Assembly (NCBI GenBank): GCA_044226015.1 | Contig: JBGAHS010000003.1 | Coordinates: 544,001 to 608,000, forward strand | Direction: 5' to 3' | Origin: Candidatus Obscuribacteraceae bacterium | GTDB taxonomy: Bacteria; Cyanobacteriota; Vampirovibrionia; Obscuribacterales; Obscuribacteraceae | DNA: 64,000 bases | Shown: piece by piece, positions 39,601 to 50,600 of the stretch | How positions within the stretch are numbered: position 1 is the first letter of the stretch | Layout of the letters: each line of letters opens with the position of its first letter | The notes under the pieces: generated by a model | Told to the model about the DNA's origin: nothing | Database searches by the model: none | What the model saw: the letters and a program-made list of their open reading frames with translations, nothing else | Translations under genes and position numbers: made by a program

Positions 39601-42600
39601 CTAGGTGGCTCCGGTGGAATCGCCAACACAGGAAATGGCGGCAGCGGCGCCGCCGCAGGAAGCGCTACTCTCACCAGTGGCAATGGCGGGGCCGGCGGGA
39701 AAATCAGCGTCACCGGATTGACCATAGTCTCTAATGCCACACTCAGCTCGCAAGGTGCGCTGGGCTCTACGGGAGCAATCGGCGGCGCGGGAGCGCCTGG
39801 AACGGGTGCTGGAAGCAAAGGCGGCAGCGGAGGAGCAGGCGGTTCCGGAGGAGCAGGCGGAGCCGGTGGTTCCATATCCATGACCGGTAAATCGACAACT
39901 GTTGCCATAACTATCAACGGAACTATTAATGCTTCAGGCGGTTTCGGCGGTTTCGGATTATCTGGTGGAAATGCAGCTCAAGGAGTTCTATCTGATGGCA
40001 ATGGGGGCAATGCTGGCTCAGGAGGTGCAGGAGGTAAAGGCGGTACAGTTAACCTGTCTAGCCCTTTTGGCATCACATTGAACGCAGCAATTACAGCTGC
40101 CGGTGCGATTGGTGCCCCAGCTACAGGCGCAGGTGGAAACGGAACAGCCTTCTCAACTAACGGAGGAAAAGGTGGCAACGGAGGCGCGGGCGGTAATGGA
40201 GGCGCTGGAGGCAGCATCACCATCAGCACAGGAATTTTTACAGCAAGTTCAGCTAATAGCGCGAGTCTGGACGCTTTTGGTGGATCTGCCAGCCAAGGCG
40301 GCGGGGGTGGATTAGGGGGCAGCTCAGCTGGTGCCGGCAGCGCTGGTGCAGGTGGCGACGGAGGAAAAGGTGGCAGCGGAGGCGCTGGCGGCAAAGTTAC
40401 TGTAACGACAACTGGTGCAAGTATGACGCTTGCAAATATCAACGTTAATGGCGGAATCGGAGCACAAGGAGGTTTTGGGGCAATCGGCGGAACAGCAATT
40501 GCAGTTGCTGGACTCAATGGTGGAAACGGCGGACAAGCAGGCAGTGGCGGGGCCGGTGGGTCCGGTGGGCTCATAACATTGAACGGCAATAGCAGTGTGA
40601 CGCTGATTACGCTGGCTGGAAATGCGGCAAACGCTCAGTATCTAGCGGCCGGTGCGACTGGAGGCGTCACAGCCCCTGGCGGAACTGGAGGCAGCGGAAA
40701 TCAAATTGCTGGAGCTGGTGGCAATGGTAGTAACAGCGGAAACGGCGGCAATGGTGGCAAGATAATAATTTCAGGAGCAGACCTCAGGTACAGCAACAGC
40801 TCCAAAACGATAACTCTTAACGCATCGGGAGGTTTTAGCGGATTTGGCATCGTGGGAGGTGGCACTGGTGGTTCAAGCAATAGTCTGGTCGGAGGCAAAG
40901 GTGGAAACTCAGGCAATGCAGGAAACGGGGGCAATGCTGGCAGCGTTTCCATCAACGTCCTATCAAGCTCTGGTCAAATTGCTCCAGTCGGCAGCGCCAA
41001 CCTCCAGATCATTGCAGACGGTGGCAGTTCTGTTGGTCTCACACTTTCAGGCGGCAACGGTGGATCAGGAAAAGGCGGCGGGCTTGGCGGCAATGGCGGG
41101 AATATCGGCATTCAAGGCGCTGGCGGTTCGATAACGTTAACCGCGCCTGCAGGCATAAATACAGGAAACAACAATGCAACTCCCAATCCTCTTTCGGCTG
41201 GTGGCGGAGGCTCTGTTGTAGTCACATTTGCTGGGTTCGGTGGAGCCGGCGGACTCGACAACAACACAGTTGGAGGCACTAGCAGTGGTGGCAATGGCGG
41301 AAATGGTGGCAAAGGGTCAACTGGCGGGAAGGGCGGCACCGTAACTTTGAATTCGACCAAAGGCGCACTCATAATTGGAGGCAGCATTATTGTTGATGGT
41401 GGCAGAGGTGGCAATGGCGGAGCCGGAAACAGCAGTGGCGACTCCAATAATTCGAAATCAGGAAACGGCGGTGCTGGTGGCGCAGGAGGAGCAGGTGCTC
41501 TGGCAGGCAATATCAGCCTGACTGCTGGCGGACTCGTCACCATCAATCAATCCCTCTTTGCAAACGGAGGCGCAGGAGGCTCTGCCGGAGCAGGTGGCCT
41601 TTCAGTAGCAGGCGGTACGATCGGCGGCAACGGCGGCAATGCTGGGACTAGCGCCTCCGGAGGAAGCGGAGGAAAAGTTACAATCAAAGCCTCTGCTGCA
41701 GTTAGCTACCTCAATAATGACATATCGATATTCGCAGATGGTGGCGACGGCGGGTCAGCTGCTAACGGTGGTGACGGTGCTACCGCTCTTACCGGTGGCA
41801 ACGGAGGATTATCTTCAAATGCCGGCGCAGGAGGCTCTGGCGGCTCCATTGTTATTAACGCACTCAGCCTTGATGCTTCGCTATCAACATCAGCCACTAA
41901 CCCATTACTTTCGGCGACAGGAGGTAATGGTGCCTTAGGCGGTTCAGGTGGTGACGCAGGAGCAGGACTGGGCGGCAACGCAGGCAAATCTAGCAACGGC
42001 TCCAGTGGAGGGGCAGGAGGCGGCGGCGGTCTCATCAGCATAAACACATCCGCCACGACAGGCACAGGAATAGTCTTGAACCATGCTGGTGCCGCTGCAT
42101 CAGCAGACGCTTCGGGCGGAACCGGTGGTTTTGGAGGCACCGGAGGGCTTGCTTTTGGTAGCGTCAGCGCAGCCGGAGCAAACGGCGGCAATGGGGGCAA
42201 CTCAGGAAGCGGTGGTAAGGGCGGAACAGTCAACCTGATCTCCAAAGCCAACATTGTCTTCCACGACGTTCTTGCTACCGGCGGAAACTCGAATACCGCA
42301 GCTAGCGGAGCTGTCGCCCAGCTGGCACCATTCAGCGCTTTCAATTCAGCTACCATAGCATCAAAAGGCGGCGCCGGCGGTGCAGGGGGCATAGGGGGAA
42401 TAGGCGGCTCGATAACGATAAGCGGCTTGACTCTGGCTTATCAGCGCGACGTAGCGGGTGCCACAACGGTGAACGCAAGTGGTGGCAAAGGCGGAAACTC
42501 AGGCGCCGGCGGCACTGGTGGTTCAAGCCTGCTTGGCGTAGGCGGAATTGGAGGAAACAGTGGCTCAGGCGGGGCAGCAGGAAATGGAGGTAAAGTCGCT

Positions 42601-45600
42601 CTTACAGCCACTGGCGCTAATGCAGGATTATCAATTTTCCCAGGCACTGCCGGCAGAGGACTGACGCTTGCTGCCAATGGCGGTTTCGGCGGCACAGCCG
42701 CGGCTGCAGCGGGCGGTGGCGCTGGACTGACTGGCGGCGGTGCAGCAGGCAATTCTGGAAGCGGAGGCAAAGGTGGGTTAGGCGGCAGCATCACTTTGAC
42801 GGCGACCCTAGGGCAGATATCTACTGGTAACATCGGGGGCGCACCACCCAATTCAATAAGCGTCAATGGCGGTAACGGCGGCAACTCAGCAGGAGTAGCT
42901 GCAGCTGGCAACAGCAGCTCAGGAACGGCTGGCAAAGGCGGCAACGGAGGAGCAGGTGGTACTGGCGGTAACGCGGGCAGTATAACTATTACTGCGGCGC
43001 CTGACCCGAGTAATGTTTCAATCAATCTGGACGGCTCGCTGCAAGCATTGGGAGGCAGTGGCGGCTCCGGTGGTGCTGGTGGAGCCGGGGGCGGCATGGT
43101 CTCTGGACTCACCGCCACGTCTGGAGCTGGTGGCAATGGTGGTGCAGGCGGAAACGGCGGAGCTGCCGGCAAAATAACACTCACCGGACTCGGCGCCAAC
43201 AGCATAATTGATATCAACAATTCCATTACCGCCATTGGCGGTAATGGCGCCAACGGCAACAACGGCGGGTCAAGCCCCACCGGCGCAAACTCACAGAACG
43301 GTGGAAATGGCGGAGCCGGCGGATCTGCAGGTCTATCGGGCTTGCTTGTCATAAACAGCGCAGGAGCAATTAGAGAAAACATTGGAGGACCAACAATTCT
43401 TCTTTCCGGTTCTAGTGCCGGTAATGGTGGCGCAGGCGGAGCGTCTCTTCCAGCAACCTTTAAGGCTGGCAACGGCGGCAACGGAGGCAACGCTGGAAAG
43501 AGTTCAGCTGGTGCTTCTCTTACATTGAATTCACAGACAGTAATTCTAAGAAATTATGTTGCTGGCGGCGGTGCTGGGGCAGCTGGAGGCGCTGGCGGAG
43601 CGGGCAGTGACAGCTCTCAGCAGATAGGTGGCAAAGGCGGAAGCGCCGGACTGAGCGCAGCCGGCGGTAGTGCAGGAAACCTGACTATCACCGCGCAAAC
43701 ATTCACTCAAGGAACAGGCTCTGCCATAAGTCTGCCTGGAGGAAATGGCGGCAGCGGCTCAATTGGCGGCTCCGGAGGCGATGGCTCAATAGGCGGCGCA
43801 GCAGGCACTTCCTCAGCTTCATCAGCTGGCGGCTCAGGCGGCAACGTGACTATAAGCACAAGCAACGGCAGCTTCTTGCAAGACATATTCAGTGTTGGGG
43901 GTGGCGGCGGCTCCGGTGCAAACGGAGCAGACGGCGGCAAGGTCATCGGAGCTTTTGTTAACAGTTCGAACAATGGTGCTGCCGGACAAAATGCAAGCTC
44001 AGGTTCCAGCGGCGGCAAAGCAGGCAACATCACCATCACCGACACATCCACAAAAGGAATCACCTACACAACAACCGCTTTCACCCTCGTCGCAGTTGGA
44101 GGACCAGGAGGAGTTGCTCGCAGTGGGGGTCAGGGTGGATCGGCCGGCAATGGTGGCATTGGCGGGCTAGGAGGAAATTCTTCGTCAGACGGGGCTGGAG
44201 TCGCTGGCGGGATAATCACCCTGACAGCAAACTCCGGCAACATACTCAATAGCAAAACCGGCGAAATTGACGCAATCGGAAGCAACACCGGAGGCGGAAC
44301 TTCAATAGGCGGCTCTGGCGGCTCTGGACTCAAAGGCGGCAACGGTGGAGCCGCCGCCACCTTATCACAAGCAGGAAGTGGCGGAAAAGTAATTTTGAGC
44401 GCGCTTGGATTCAACACAGGCACCGATGGCGTAGGAAAAGTCAACGTCAATGGCGGAATTGCAAATCCCGTAAATTCCAAGGGTGGCAGCGGCGGAAACG
44501 GCATCGGAAACGTTGGAATAGGAGCTAATGGCGCTTCCGGCTCTGACGCCGGAAAAGGCGGAGACGGTGGAAGCATAAGCATTACAGCGGGCGCCGCGGG
44601 CACCTCCGCTATAGTCTTTAACGCCAATCTTTCCGCAGATGGTGGTGTCGGGGGCAACCTCAACGCCGGTTCTGGAGGAGGAAACGGTGGAGATGGCGCA
44701 ACTACCGGTAATGGCGGAAACGCTGGCAATAGTGGAGCTGGTGGTAAAGGCGGTCTAATAACAATAAATACTAATGCCTTTGGCAGCAGTCAACAAAACA
44801 GCCCAACCATAAGCGCCAACGGAGGCAATGGAGGAGCCATGATAAGCTCGAATGGCGGAAATGGGGGCAATTCAACTCTAGGCAAAGGAGGAAAGGGTGG
44901 CAATGCTGGAGTGGCTGGAGCTGGTGGCGCTGGCGGACAGCTGCTGGTAAATGGCGCTGGCTCAGGCGCCATAGTACTCACCAATCTAAGAGCTGACGGA
45001 GGCAATACGCTGTCGTCTGCCGGAATAGGCGGTGCGGGCGGAAACGGACTGACCCCGGGTCTGGCCGGGGTGGCACCAGCTGCTGGAATTGGCGGAAAAG
45101 GCGGCACAATCACCTTCGGATCAGCAAGCTCAAGCAACTCAGTTACTGTTGCACTTCTCAGCGCCCAAGGCGGTGACAGCGCAAGCTCATCAAGCCAGGG
45201 CGGTTTAACACCTTCTACGATTTCGACAACTGCCGCCAGCGGCGGTGCTGGTGGCGCTGGCGGTGCAGGCGGAGACGCAGGCTCTATTAGCGTTCTCGGA
45301 TCAGGTGCCGTAAATATCGCTAGCGTAACTCTTTCAGGCGGAAACGGAGGAGGAGGAAGCGATGGAGCAGACGGAAGTCCGGCAGCAGGAGTCATTAACT
45401 CCGGGGGAGACGGCGGCAGCGGAGGTGCTGGCGGAGCACCCGGAAACAACGGAACCTTGACCGTGAGCGGCTCAACAGTCCAGATTGGATCGTTCCTGGC
45501 GCTGAGCAACGCAGGCGCCGGCGGTGTTGGTGGCGCAGGTGGTGATGGAGGAGGCGGTGGTAACAGCGGAAACGGTGGAAAGGGTGGAGATGCAGGTTCT

Positions 45601-47502
45601 ACTCAAAATGTGAAAGCCGCTACTCTCAACATAAGCGCCACTGGAACTATCACTCTGGTGGGGAACACAACTGCACGCGGCGCAGGTGGTGCATCGGGTG
45701 GTAACGGCGGCAAGGGCGGGGCTACGCCCGCAGGCACATCCGTTCTCAATGCAGGAAATGGTGGCGATGGCGGCAACGGATCCCCTAGTGGAGCCGGTGG
45801 CTCTATAACTCTGAACGGTCAGGGGGTCACCGTCACCGGCAATGTGGATGCTACCGGTGGACTTGCCGGTGCCGGTGGGCCAGGGGGTGCAGCAGGCAAT
45901 ATAGGTGCCGGCGGTACTAACAACACAGGCGGCAGCGGCGGTACCGGTGGAAAGAGCGGCGATGGAGGCGCCGGAGGCAGCCTGATTATCACCAGCAAGG
46001 GAAACATCACCCTAAACGGCACTGTTAGCTTAGACGGCGGAGCTGGCGGAGCAAGCGGAAGCGCGTCTGGCTCAGGCTCAAACGGCACTGGGAAAGGAGG
46101 AAACGGAGGTTCGGGAATCTCAGGCGGAAACGGCGGAAAGGGCGGAATTATAAGCTTGTCAGCGACGGGAACTATCAGCAGTTCCGGCTCAGACATCTCC
46201 GCCTCAGGAGGCGCAGGAAATGCAGGTAATGCAGGCGGAAAAGGCGGACAATCAAATCCCAATTCTGCAGGCAGCGGTGGAATCGCAGGCAATGGTGGCA
46301 ACGGTGGCGCAGGCGGCACCATTACAGTTACAGGAACAGTGAACAGTGGTGGAGACTGGAATGCTAGAGGAGGTGCTGGTGGCAAAGGCGGCAATGGTGG
46401 CGATGCCGGGACTACCAATACAGGAACAGCTGGAAACGGAGCAAGTGGAGGATTAGCAGGTAGCGGTGGTAACGGCGGCACTATCACCTTTAACTCAACC
46501 GCTAATTTCGGTGCCAACAACGCGAATGCAAGCGGAGGCGCAGCTGGTTCAAGCGGAGGCGCAGGTGGCGATGGTGGAAATGCCGGAGCAACAGGTGTCA
46601 ATGGTAATGCCGGTGACGGTGGCGATGGCGGCAGTGGTGGAAACGGCGGCATTATAAACAACAAAATCGGTAGTACCGGCAACTTCATTGTTACTGGAGC
46701 AGGCTTTGGAACAGGTGGCTTGCCTGGTGTACCCGGCACAGGTGGCACGGGCGGGACTACCGGCATTTCAGGTAGCAATGGATCTGCAGGAAGCAATGGA
46801 ACGCTCAATACGACCTTTGAAGACTCGGGTGCTGAAGCCGATCTCTTCTCAAGAAAACGGAAACGCGTACAGATCGCTAAACATGCTGACTCTCTAAAGC
46901 CTGTTGCTTACGTACAGAACGCAATATTCCTTACAGAAAAGTCTCTTCCAGCAGAAAACATTCTGGTTGGACACGCCGACAAAGACGCAGTCGTCAAATG
47001 CTCAAACATAACAGTTCGGGTTAAGCGAGGCAGCCTTGCTTATGTCATCAACGATGGCAAATCTGTAACCGTCCTGGCGCTGGATGACCGCAAGAGTGGG
47101 GATGTCCAGGTGAGCGTAGCCTCTCATTTGATCAGACTGAAAACGGGAGAACTCATCTCGCTGCAAACAAGAGAATCCGAAAGTGAACAATCGCGCTGGG
47201 CTCATGAATACATGGCTGTAAGAAACGCTTCCAGCGTGAAGCTCAGTAATGGCAGCATTGCTGTGATTTCCGACTTTTCCATACCATACGCCATATCGCA
47301 ATTCGGAATACTTCAGCAGCTCAAGAGCTCCAAAGATGGCTTCACAAGGGAGGCTTACACAAGACTTCTAAAGAATGCCTGCATTCTTCAAGCCCTCACT
47401 GCTTCTCGAGGTAGATATGTGATTCAACAGGTGCGCCCACAGGCAGCCAGAGAAAACAACAGTCCACGCCGTTCCGAAAGAGTCGCCATGCTCCCACAAT
47501 AG
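36667..47502 (+). CDS. Giant secreted glycine-rich repeat protein (3611 aa; haemagglutinin-like N-region, PGRS-like body, non-repetitive C-terminal domain)
   Basis: Uninterrupted 10.8 kb ORF, GGAGG RBS, signal peptide, dozens of (GGx)n + short beta-strand modules. Confidence 0.93.
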   Translation: MRAKTLRQSKSSFTLTALTIALAHTVPVAAAERPGASAPLPNLNLLSQNRNVKAPDTMNAPVSIIEGGHNVTVTPGMLLTPAQAVAVSQILSGGTQTLNLSTLGTAVSGSALIQAQNYSSLVVPKGVTLIGDVSSGNNISVAGQLSNSGTIYAFSNNATVPGAVLAAMNISNSGGALISTVLPSGGLSGANNAISGLNLTLMSAGLSNHGVISSAGNLNLVGTNASYTINNTGGTMQAASAINISSLASAANIAVLGGNWFSPVMNANAYGGNIDVNVNQLTGLLNISAANAHVMAQTENLNLGNMNITDDPTFFNLNNITFTGDVNTINEALTIIAGGNINLGTFKFNTNQNGTAATGFPITIVAGANIVPPLASPDSSVGPITSGVVKVTPSALSGGGSASGGNITCTTCAISSASTGSIAGGKILLAAYSGGSNAGSINLGTGSIDSSSVNGAAGDITIIAPGGITLGGSLNATGSGSPKISISSANPTGTLQAAVNGAVSGTLTNKSLANSPISTNFSSFTAPSGIVTYTAGTAKISLSGLMTISGLLGTGKAGGSLTVTNTNSAIELGSAQNLSLNASGGSGSTGAVGKAGGVGGAGGNISFNAINGTVTNSGGFTNFIAAVGASGGTGGSNANGAPGGAGGAGGKGGSITITASDINLTVGGASSSFNVGGGSGNFGGTGGTGTVTGSKGNTGGTGGAGGIGGAAGVITLKNTSTGAGTFNVPVLLADGGLGGIGGAAGVGGFASNPGNNGTSGAGGSGGIGGTITLSTEKTSTTAIKLEGNISAQGGVGSFVALSSPGITGNNGGAGTSAGKSGSGGAGGKINITGNNKISLATVVLDSTGGAGGTAGAGGTGGSGITGIGGTGGNGGQGGNGGTGGSIIISSTGGDIAPLAANDFTILSNGGSAGSALTAFGGTGAPGLLGGGAGGKGGSAGNSGAGGSITISSSANISLGQTNSSIVSAVGGPLASQNGLGGSGGIANTGNGGSGAAAGSATLTSGNGGAGGKISVTGLTIVSNATLSSQGALGSTGAIGGAGAPGTGAGSKGGSGGAGGSGGAGGAGGSISMTGKSTTVAITINGTINASGGFGGFGLSGGNAAQGVLSDGNGGNAGSGGAGGKGGTVNLSSPFGITLNAAITAAGAIGAPATGAGGNGTAFSTNGGKGGNGGAGGNGGAGGSITISTGIFTASSANSASLDAFGGSASQGGGGGLGGSSAGAGSAGAGGDGGKGGSGGAGGKVTVTTTGASMTLANINVNGGIGAQGGFGAIGGTAIAVAGLNGGNGGQAGSGGAGGSGGLITLNGNSSVTLITLAGNAANAQYLAAGATGGVTAPGGTGGSGNQIAGAGGNGSNSGNGGNGGKIIISGADLRYSNSSKTITLNASGGFSGFGIVGGGTGGSSNSLVGGKGGNSGNAGNGGNAGSVSINVLSSSGQIAPVGSANLQIIADGGSSVGLTLSGGNGGSGKGGGLGGNGGNIGIQGAGGSITLTAPAGINTGNNNATPNPLSAGGGGSVVVTFAGFGGAGGLDNNTVGGTSSGGNGGNGGKGSTGGKGGTVTLNSTKGALIIGGSIIVDGGRGGNGGAGNSSGDSNNSKSGNGGAGGAGGAGALAGNISLTAGGLVTINQSLFANGGAGGSAGAGGLSVAGGTIGGNGGNAGTSASGGSGGKVTIKASAAVSYLNNDISIFADGGDGGSAANGGDGATALTGGNGGLSSNAGAGGSGGSIVINALSLDASLSTSATNPLLSATGGNGALGGSGGDAGAGLGGNAGKSSNGSSGGAGGGGGLISINTSATTGTGIVLNHAGAAASADASGGTGGFGGTGGLAFGSVSAAGANGGNGGNSGSGGKGGTVNLISKANIVFHDVLATGGNSNTAASGAVAQLAPFSAFNSATIASKGGAGGAGGIGGIGGSITISGLTLAYQRDVAGATTVNASGGKGGNSGAGGTGGSSLLGVGGIGGNSGSGGAAGNGGKVALTATGANAGLSIFPGTAGRGLTLAANGGFGGTAAAAAGGGAGLTGGGAAGNSGSGGKGGLGGSITLTATLGQISTGNIGGAPPNSISVNGGNGGNSAGVAAAGNSSSGTAGKGGNGGAGGTGGNAGSITITAAPDPSNVSINLDGSLQALGGSGGSGGAGGAGGGMVSGLTATSGAGGNGGAGGNGGAAGKITLTGLGANSIIDINNSITAIGGNGANGNNGGSSPTGANSQNGGNGGAGGSAGLSGLLVINSAGAIRENIGGPTILLSGSSAGNGGAGGASLPATFKAGNGGNGGNAGKSSAGASLTLNSQTVILRNYVAGGGAGAAGGAGGAGSDSSQQIGGKGGSAGLSAAGGSAGNLTITAQTFTQGTGSAISLPGGNGGSGSIGGSGGDGSIGGAAGTSSASSAGGSGGNVTISTSNGSFLQDIFSVGGGGGSGANGADGGKVIGAFVNSSNNGAAGQNASSGSSGGKAGNITITDTSTKGITYTTTAFTLVAVGGPGGVARSGGQGGSAGNGGIGGLGGNSSSDGAGVAGGIITLTANSGNILNSKTGEIDAIGSNTGGGTSIGGSGGSGLKGGNGGAAATLSQAGSGGKVILSALGFNTGTDGVGKVNVNGGIANPVNSKGGSGGNGIGNVGIGANGASGSDAGKGGDGGSISITAGAAGTSAIVFNANLSADGGVGGNLNAGSGGGNGGDGATTGNGGNAGNSGAGGKGGLITINTNAFGSSQQNSPTISANGGNGGAMISSNGGNGGNSTLGKGGKGGNAGVAGAGGAGGQLLVNGAGSGAIVLTNLRADGGNTLSSAGIGGAGGNGLTPGLAGVAPAAGIGGKGGTITFGSASSSNSVTVALLSAQGGDSASSSSQGGLTPSTISTTAASGGAGGAGGAGGDAGSISVLGSGAVNIASVTLSGGNGGGGSDGADGSPAAGVINSGGDGGSGGAGGAPGNNGTLTVSGSTVQIGSFLALSNAGAGGVGGAGGDGGGGGNSGNGGKGGDAGSTQNVKAATLNISATGTITLVGNTTARGAGGASGGNGGKGGATPAGTSVLNAGNGGDGGNGSPSGAGGSITLNGQGVTVTGNVDATGGLAGAGGPGGAAGNIGAGGTNNTGGSGGTGGKSGDGGAGGSLIITSKGNITLNGTVSLDGGAGGASGSASGSGSNGTGKGGNGGSGISGGNGGKGGIISLSATGTISSSGSDISASGGAGNAGNAGGKGGQSNPNSAGSGGIAGNGGNGGAGGTITVTGTVNSGGDWNARGGAGGKGGNGGDAGTTNTGTAGNGASGGLAGSGGNGGTITFNSTANFGANNANASGGAAGSSGGAGGDGGNAGATGVNGNAGDGGDGGSGGNGGIINNKIGSTGNFIVTGAGFGTGGLPGVPGTGGTGGTTGISGSNGSAGSNGTLNTTFEDSGAEADLFSRKRKRVQIAKHADSLKPVAYVQNAIFLTEKSLPAENILVGHADKDAVVKCSNITVRVKRGSLAYVINDGKSVTVLALDDRKSGDVQVSVASHLIRLKTGELISLQTRESESEQSRWAHEYMAVRNASSVKLSNGSIAVISDFSIPYAISQFGILQQLKSSKDGFTREAYTRLLKNACILQALTASRGRYVIQQVRPQAARENNSPRRSERVAMLPQ

Positions 47503-47646
47503 CTGGTGACGCAGATCCTTCGATGCCACCAGGATGGCGGCGTCAACAGACAGGGACTTACAGGCAGTCCCACAAATTTGAATCGCCGCGTGACTTCCTA
47601 ATTTGGATTTTGCCGCAGTACTCTATTGGGGCAGTGGGGAGTAGAA

Positions 47647-50600
47647 ATGAAAGAGCCAGTACGTCCATCTGGGATACCCGCAGATGCAGAGTGGAATTCG
47701 AAGGAAAAAGAATGGCAACTGGGTGAAAAAAGCCCAAAAAAAACAAAGCATCCCATCGGAATGTGGCAGTACTGGCGCAGCGACGGTTCACTTTGTAGCA
47801 TTGCTCATTTTGATAGGGATGGAAGATTAGACGGCACGCTAGAGAGATTCCACGAAGACGGCAGTCTGGCTTTCTCTGGCGTCTACAAAGCGGGAAGCAG
47901 GGCTGGCAAGTTCACGTACATCCAGAGCAAGAATCCCAGCTCTGAATATTATCCAGCAGACGAAAACACATGGCGCTATGAATTCCAGAGCTCGAATAAT
48001 TGGTCTGAAAGCGGTCTTCGCTGGTTTCTTGAAGATGGCAGGGAATGCACTTCTCGAGGCAAAGCAGTGGAAGAAGCATACGATCTCGATGAAGCATTCG
48101 CTTCTTTTGAGCCGGAAAATTTCATCACTAAGCACGGAAAAGAAGTCAAAACAGCTCTGGAGATTGAAGATTATCCTGACGCTAGCATCAGACAGATTGA
48201 GAATCTCTGGGGTTCTCAAACAGAAGACTTACAGCTCTTTCTCACTTGCCTGAAAGACACCCATTCCTTTGAGAAGCGCGATTCAATCCGAGAATTCGAG
48301 CCAGACAAAAATGTCTGGAGAGAGCTTATTTCACATCCAAGAGAAAATTGGCACGAAGAGTTAGCGTCCTTCTTTATGGGAGCCATCAAAATCGGCAATT
48401 TCGGTGACTCCGACGGCATCTACGCGACTCTCTTTTGCGATCGCCTGGAAAAACCAAAAGCAAATTGCATTTATCACTGGTCGCATGAAACCTATTATGT
48501 GGACAATGTCATAGCCGCCAGCAGAGACGACTTTGCCTATAGAACTGCGCTATCTCTGGCCTGCGAAGAAGAGCGATTATCGCCAGAGCAGGCGAAGAAA
48601 TCCTGGGCTAAATTGCGCGGAAAGATGGATGTCGACTGGGCAGCCGCAGCGGGACTCGAGGCAGCAATCGAAAGCGAAGATGAATCAGAAAACGAGTTAG
48701 ACGATGAGCCAGATGATGAGCTGGAAGACAGCTCTGAAGATTCAAGCTTCAGCAGAGATGACTTTGACGCAGATCTGGATCCAAAGAATTCCATAAGGCG
48801 CTTCTTCTGGCGTTCGCAATGGATCATCTACCTCTTAGCCGATGATGAGAATCGAAGATTGCAGAGCATGGAAGAGGTCTTTAGAAAAGACTTTAACCTT
48901 GCAATTGACGAAGAAAAGCACAAAAAAATGCTTAGCAATGCAGCCAATCTTCCACTAACTGGGATTTACCTTATCTGGCGCTACTTCTGGTTCAAGCAGA
49001 AAGACCGCCTGGCAGAAACTTGCGCCGCCCTGGAAAACCATTGGACCCGGGTTGTAAGAGATCTGGTTGCGCTCATGCAAGAAATAGAAAACGGCAGCAG
49101 CAGCTTCTACGGCATAGAGGATATCCTGAAAGTACGAGATGAGTTTCTAAAACTCGACCTCTGCCCAGAAAGAGAAAGTGAGCGCTCAATAGAACAGGCA
49201 GCAAGCCTGGCTAAGAATGAAGAGAAACGACAGGCAGTGTCGAAGAAGGCTCAAGATGCAATCGCTAAGGACAAAGAGAGTCTATTAGAGCTTGCCTGGC
49301 AAAACATTGAAGACTCAAATTCAATAGATGAGATAGAAAAGTCCGCGCGAAGTCTCGGAGATCCCCTCTGCTGGAAAGCGCTTGATTGGCTAGACTCCAG
49401 AGGTTTCGAAAGAGACAACGCTGACATGAAAGATGAAGCCATCAATCTAGCCGAAGAGCTAAGCAAAATGCCAGATGCCGACTTACTTCAACCCTTCGCC
49501 TGGTCGAGAATAAACGAACGCTATCCTGTAGCAGAAATATTCTTTCAGGGATTCATGCGAAACCGAGAAACGCTGGACAAGCGCCTGATACCAGCGCTCG
49601 TCAAGACTGTCCAGAGCGCTGACGAATACAAGTTTCGCAACGACCTGGCGCTGCGCATTCTTAATTCCATGGACGCTTGCGAATGCGCAGACACATGTTC
49701 AAAAGCACTCAATGATTTTGCCGACTCACTAGATGGCGCCAGCTCCTCCGACCTCAGAACAAGAATGATCCCATGGGAAGAGTTCCTCATTTCGATTGCT
49801 AATTGCATTGAAGCTCAGGCGGCAGAACTCCCTGAAGAACAGAAAATGCAGCTGAAGAATATAATCAATCAAATCATCCAAATATGCTATGACGCTTATT
49901 CCGTAAACGTAGCGGCAGCCTTTGCCCATGCGCTTCTAGCCATCGGCGTCAAAAACGTACTGCATCATGTGCCTAAACTCATCAACAGCGGAGATGACAG
50001 GGAAAAGGTAAGTGCAATTGAACTTGTGGAAAAGTGTTTTCCGGCCTTAAGCAAGCCTGCCCAAAAGGAATTTCTTTTGGGATTCTACAATCCAGATACC
50101 GATGATTGCACTATTTCAATGGTCTATCAAAGAACACTGCATAACATCAAAGAGCAAAACCCTGATCTTGAGATTACAGACCTTCAACCCATCCAGCACT
50201 TGCTCGACTCAATGGATGTATATTCTTACGGCACCGAGGGATGGCAACTCTGGAGAACGAGCCTGTGTAAGACAGTACAAAATCGTCCTGAACTGTCGCT
50301 CGATCTCATAAGAGATTTCCTTGAATCTCCATCTTATGAACTGAGGAGTGCAGCAGAGTGCGCATTTAGGACTAGAGGGTTAGAGCCAGTCGACACCCAT
50401 GTTTGCACATGGATGGATGTGTGGAAGAGCTTGAGCGAAGACTCAATCGAAAAGTCAAATCAAACACTGGGAGAATTGCTATGTGCTGATTCGTCTCGAG
50501 AACGCTCATGCATAGCAGGCTGGTTCTGGTCAAACCCGAGCCAACAAAACACAGATGCGATATGCAAGGCGCTTGAAAAACGTATTGCAAACTACGAAGT

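Noticed and set aside
38262..46808. Many Pro-rich minus-strand ORFs
   Set aside because: Reverse-complement of Gly codons in the giant gene
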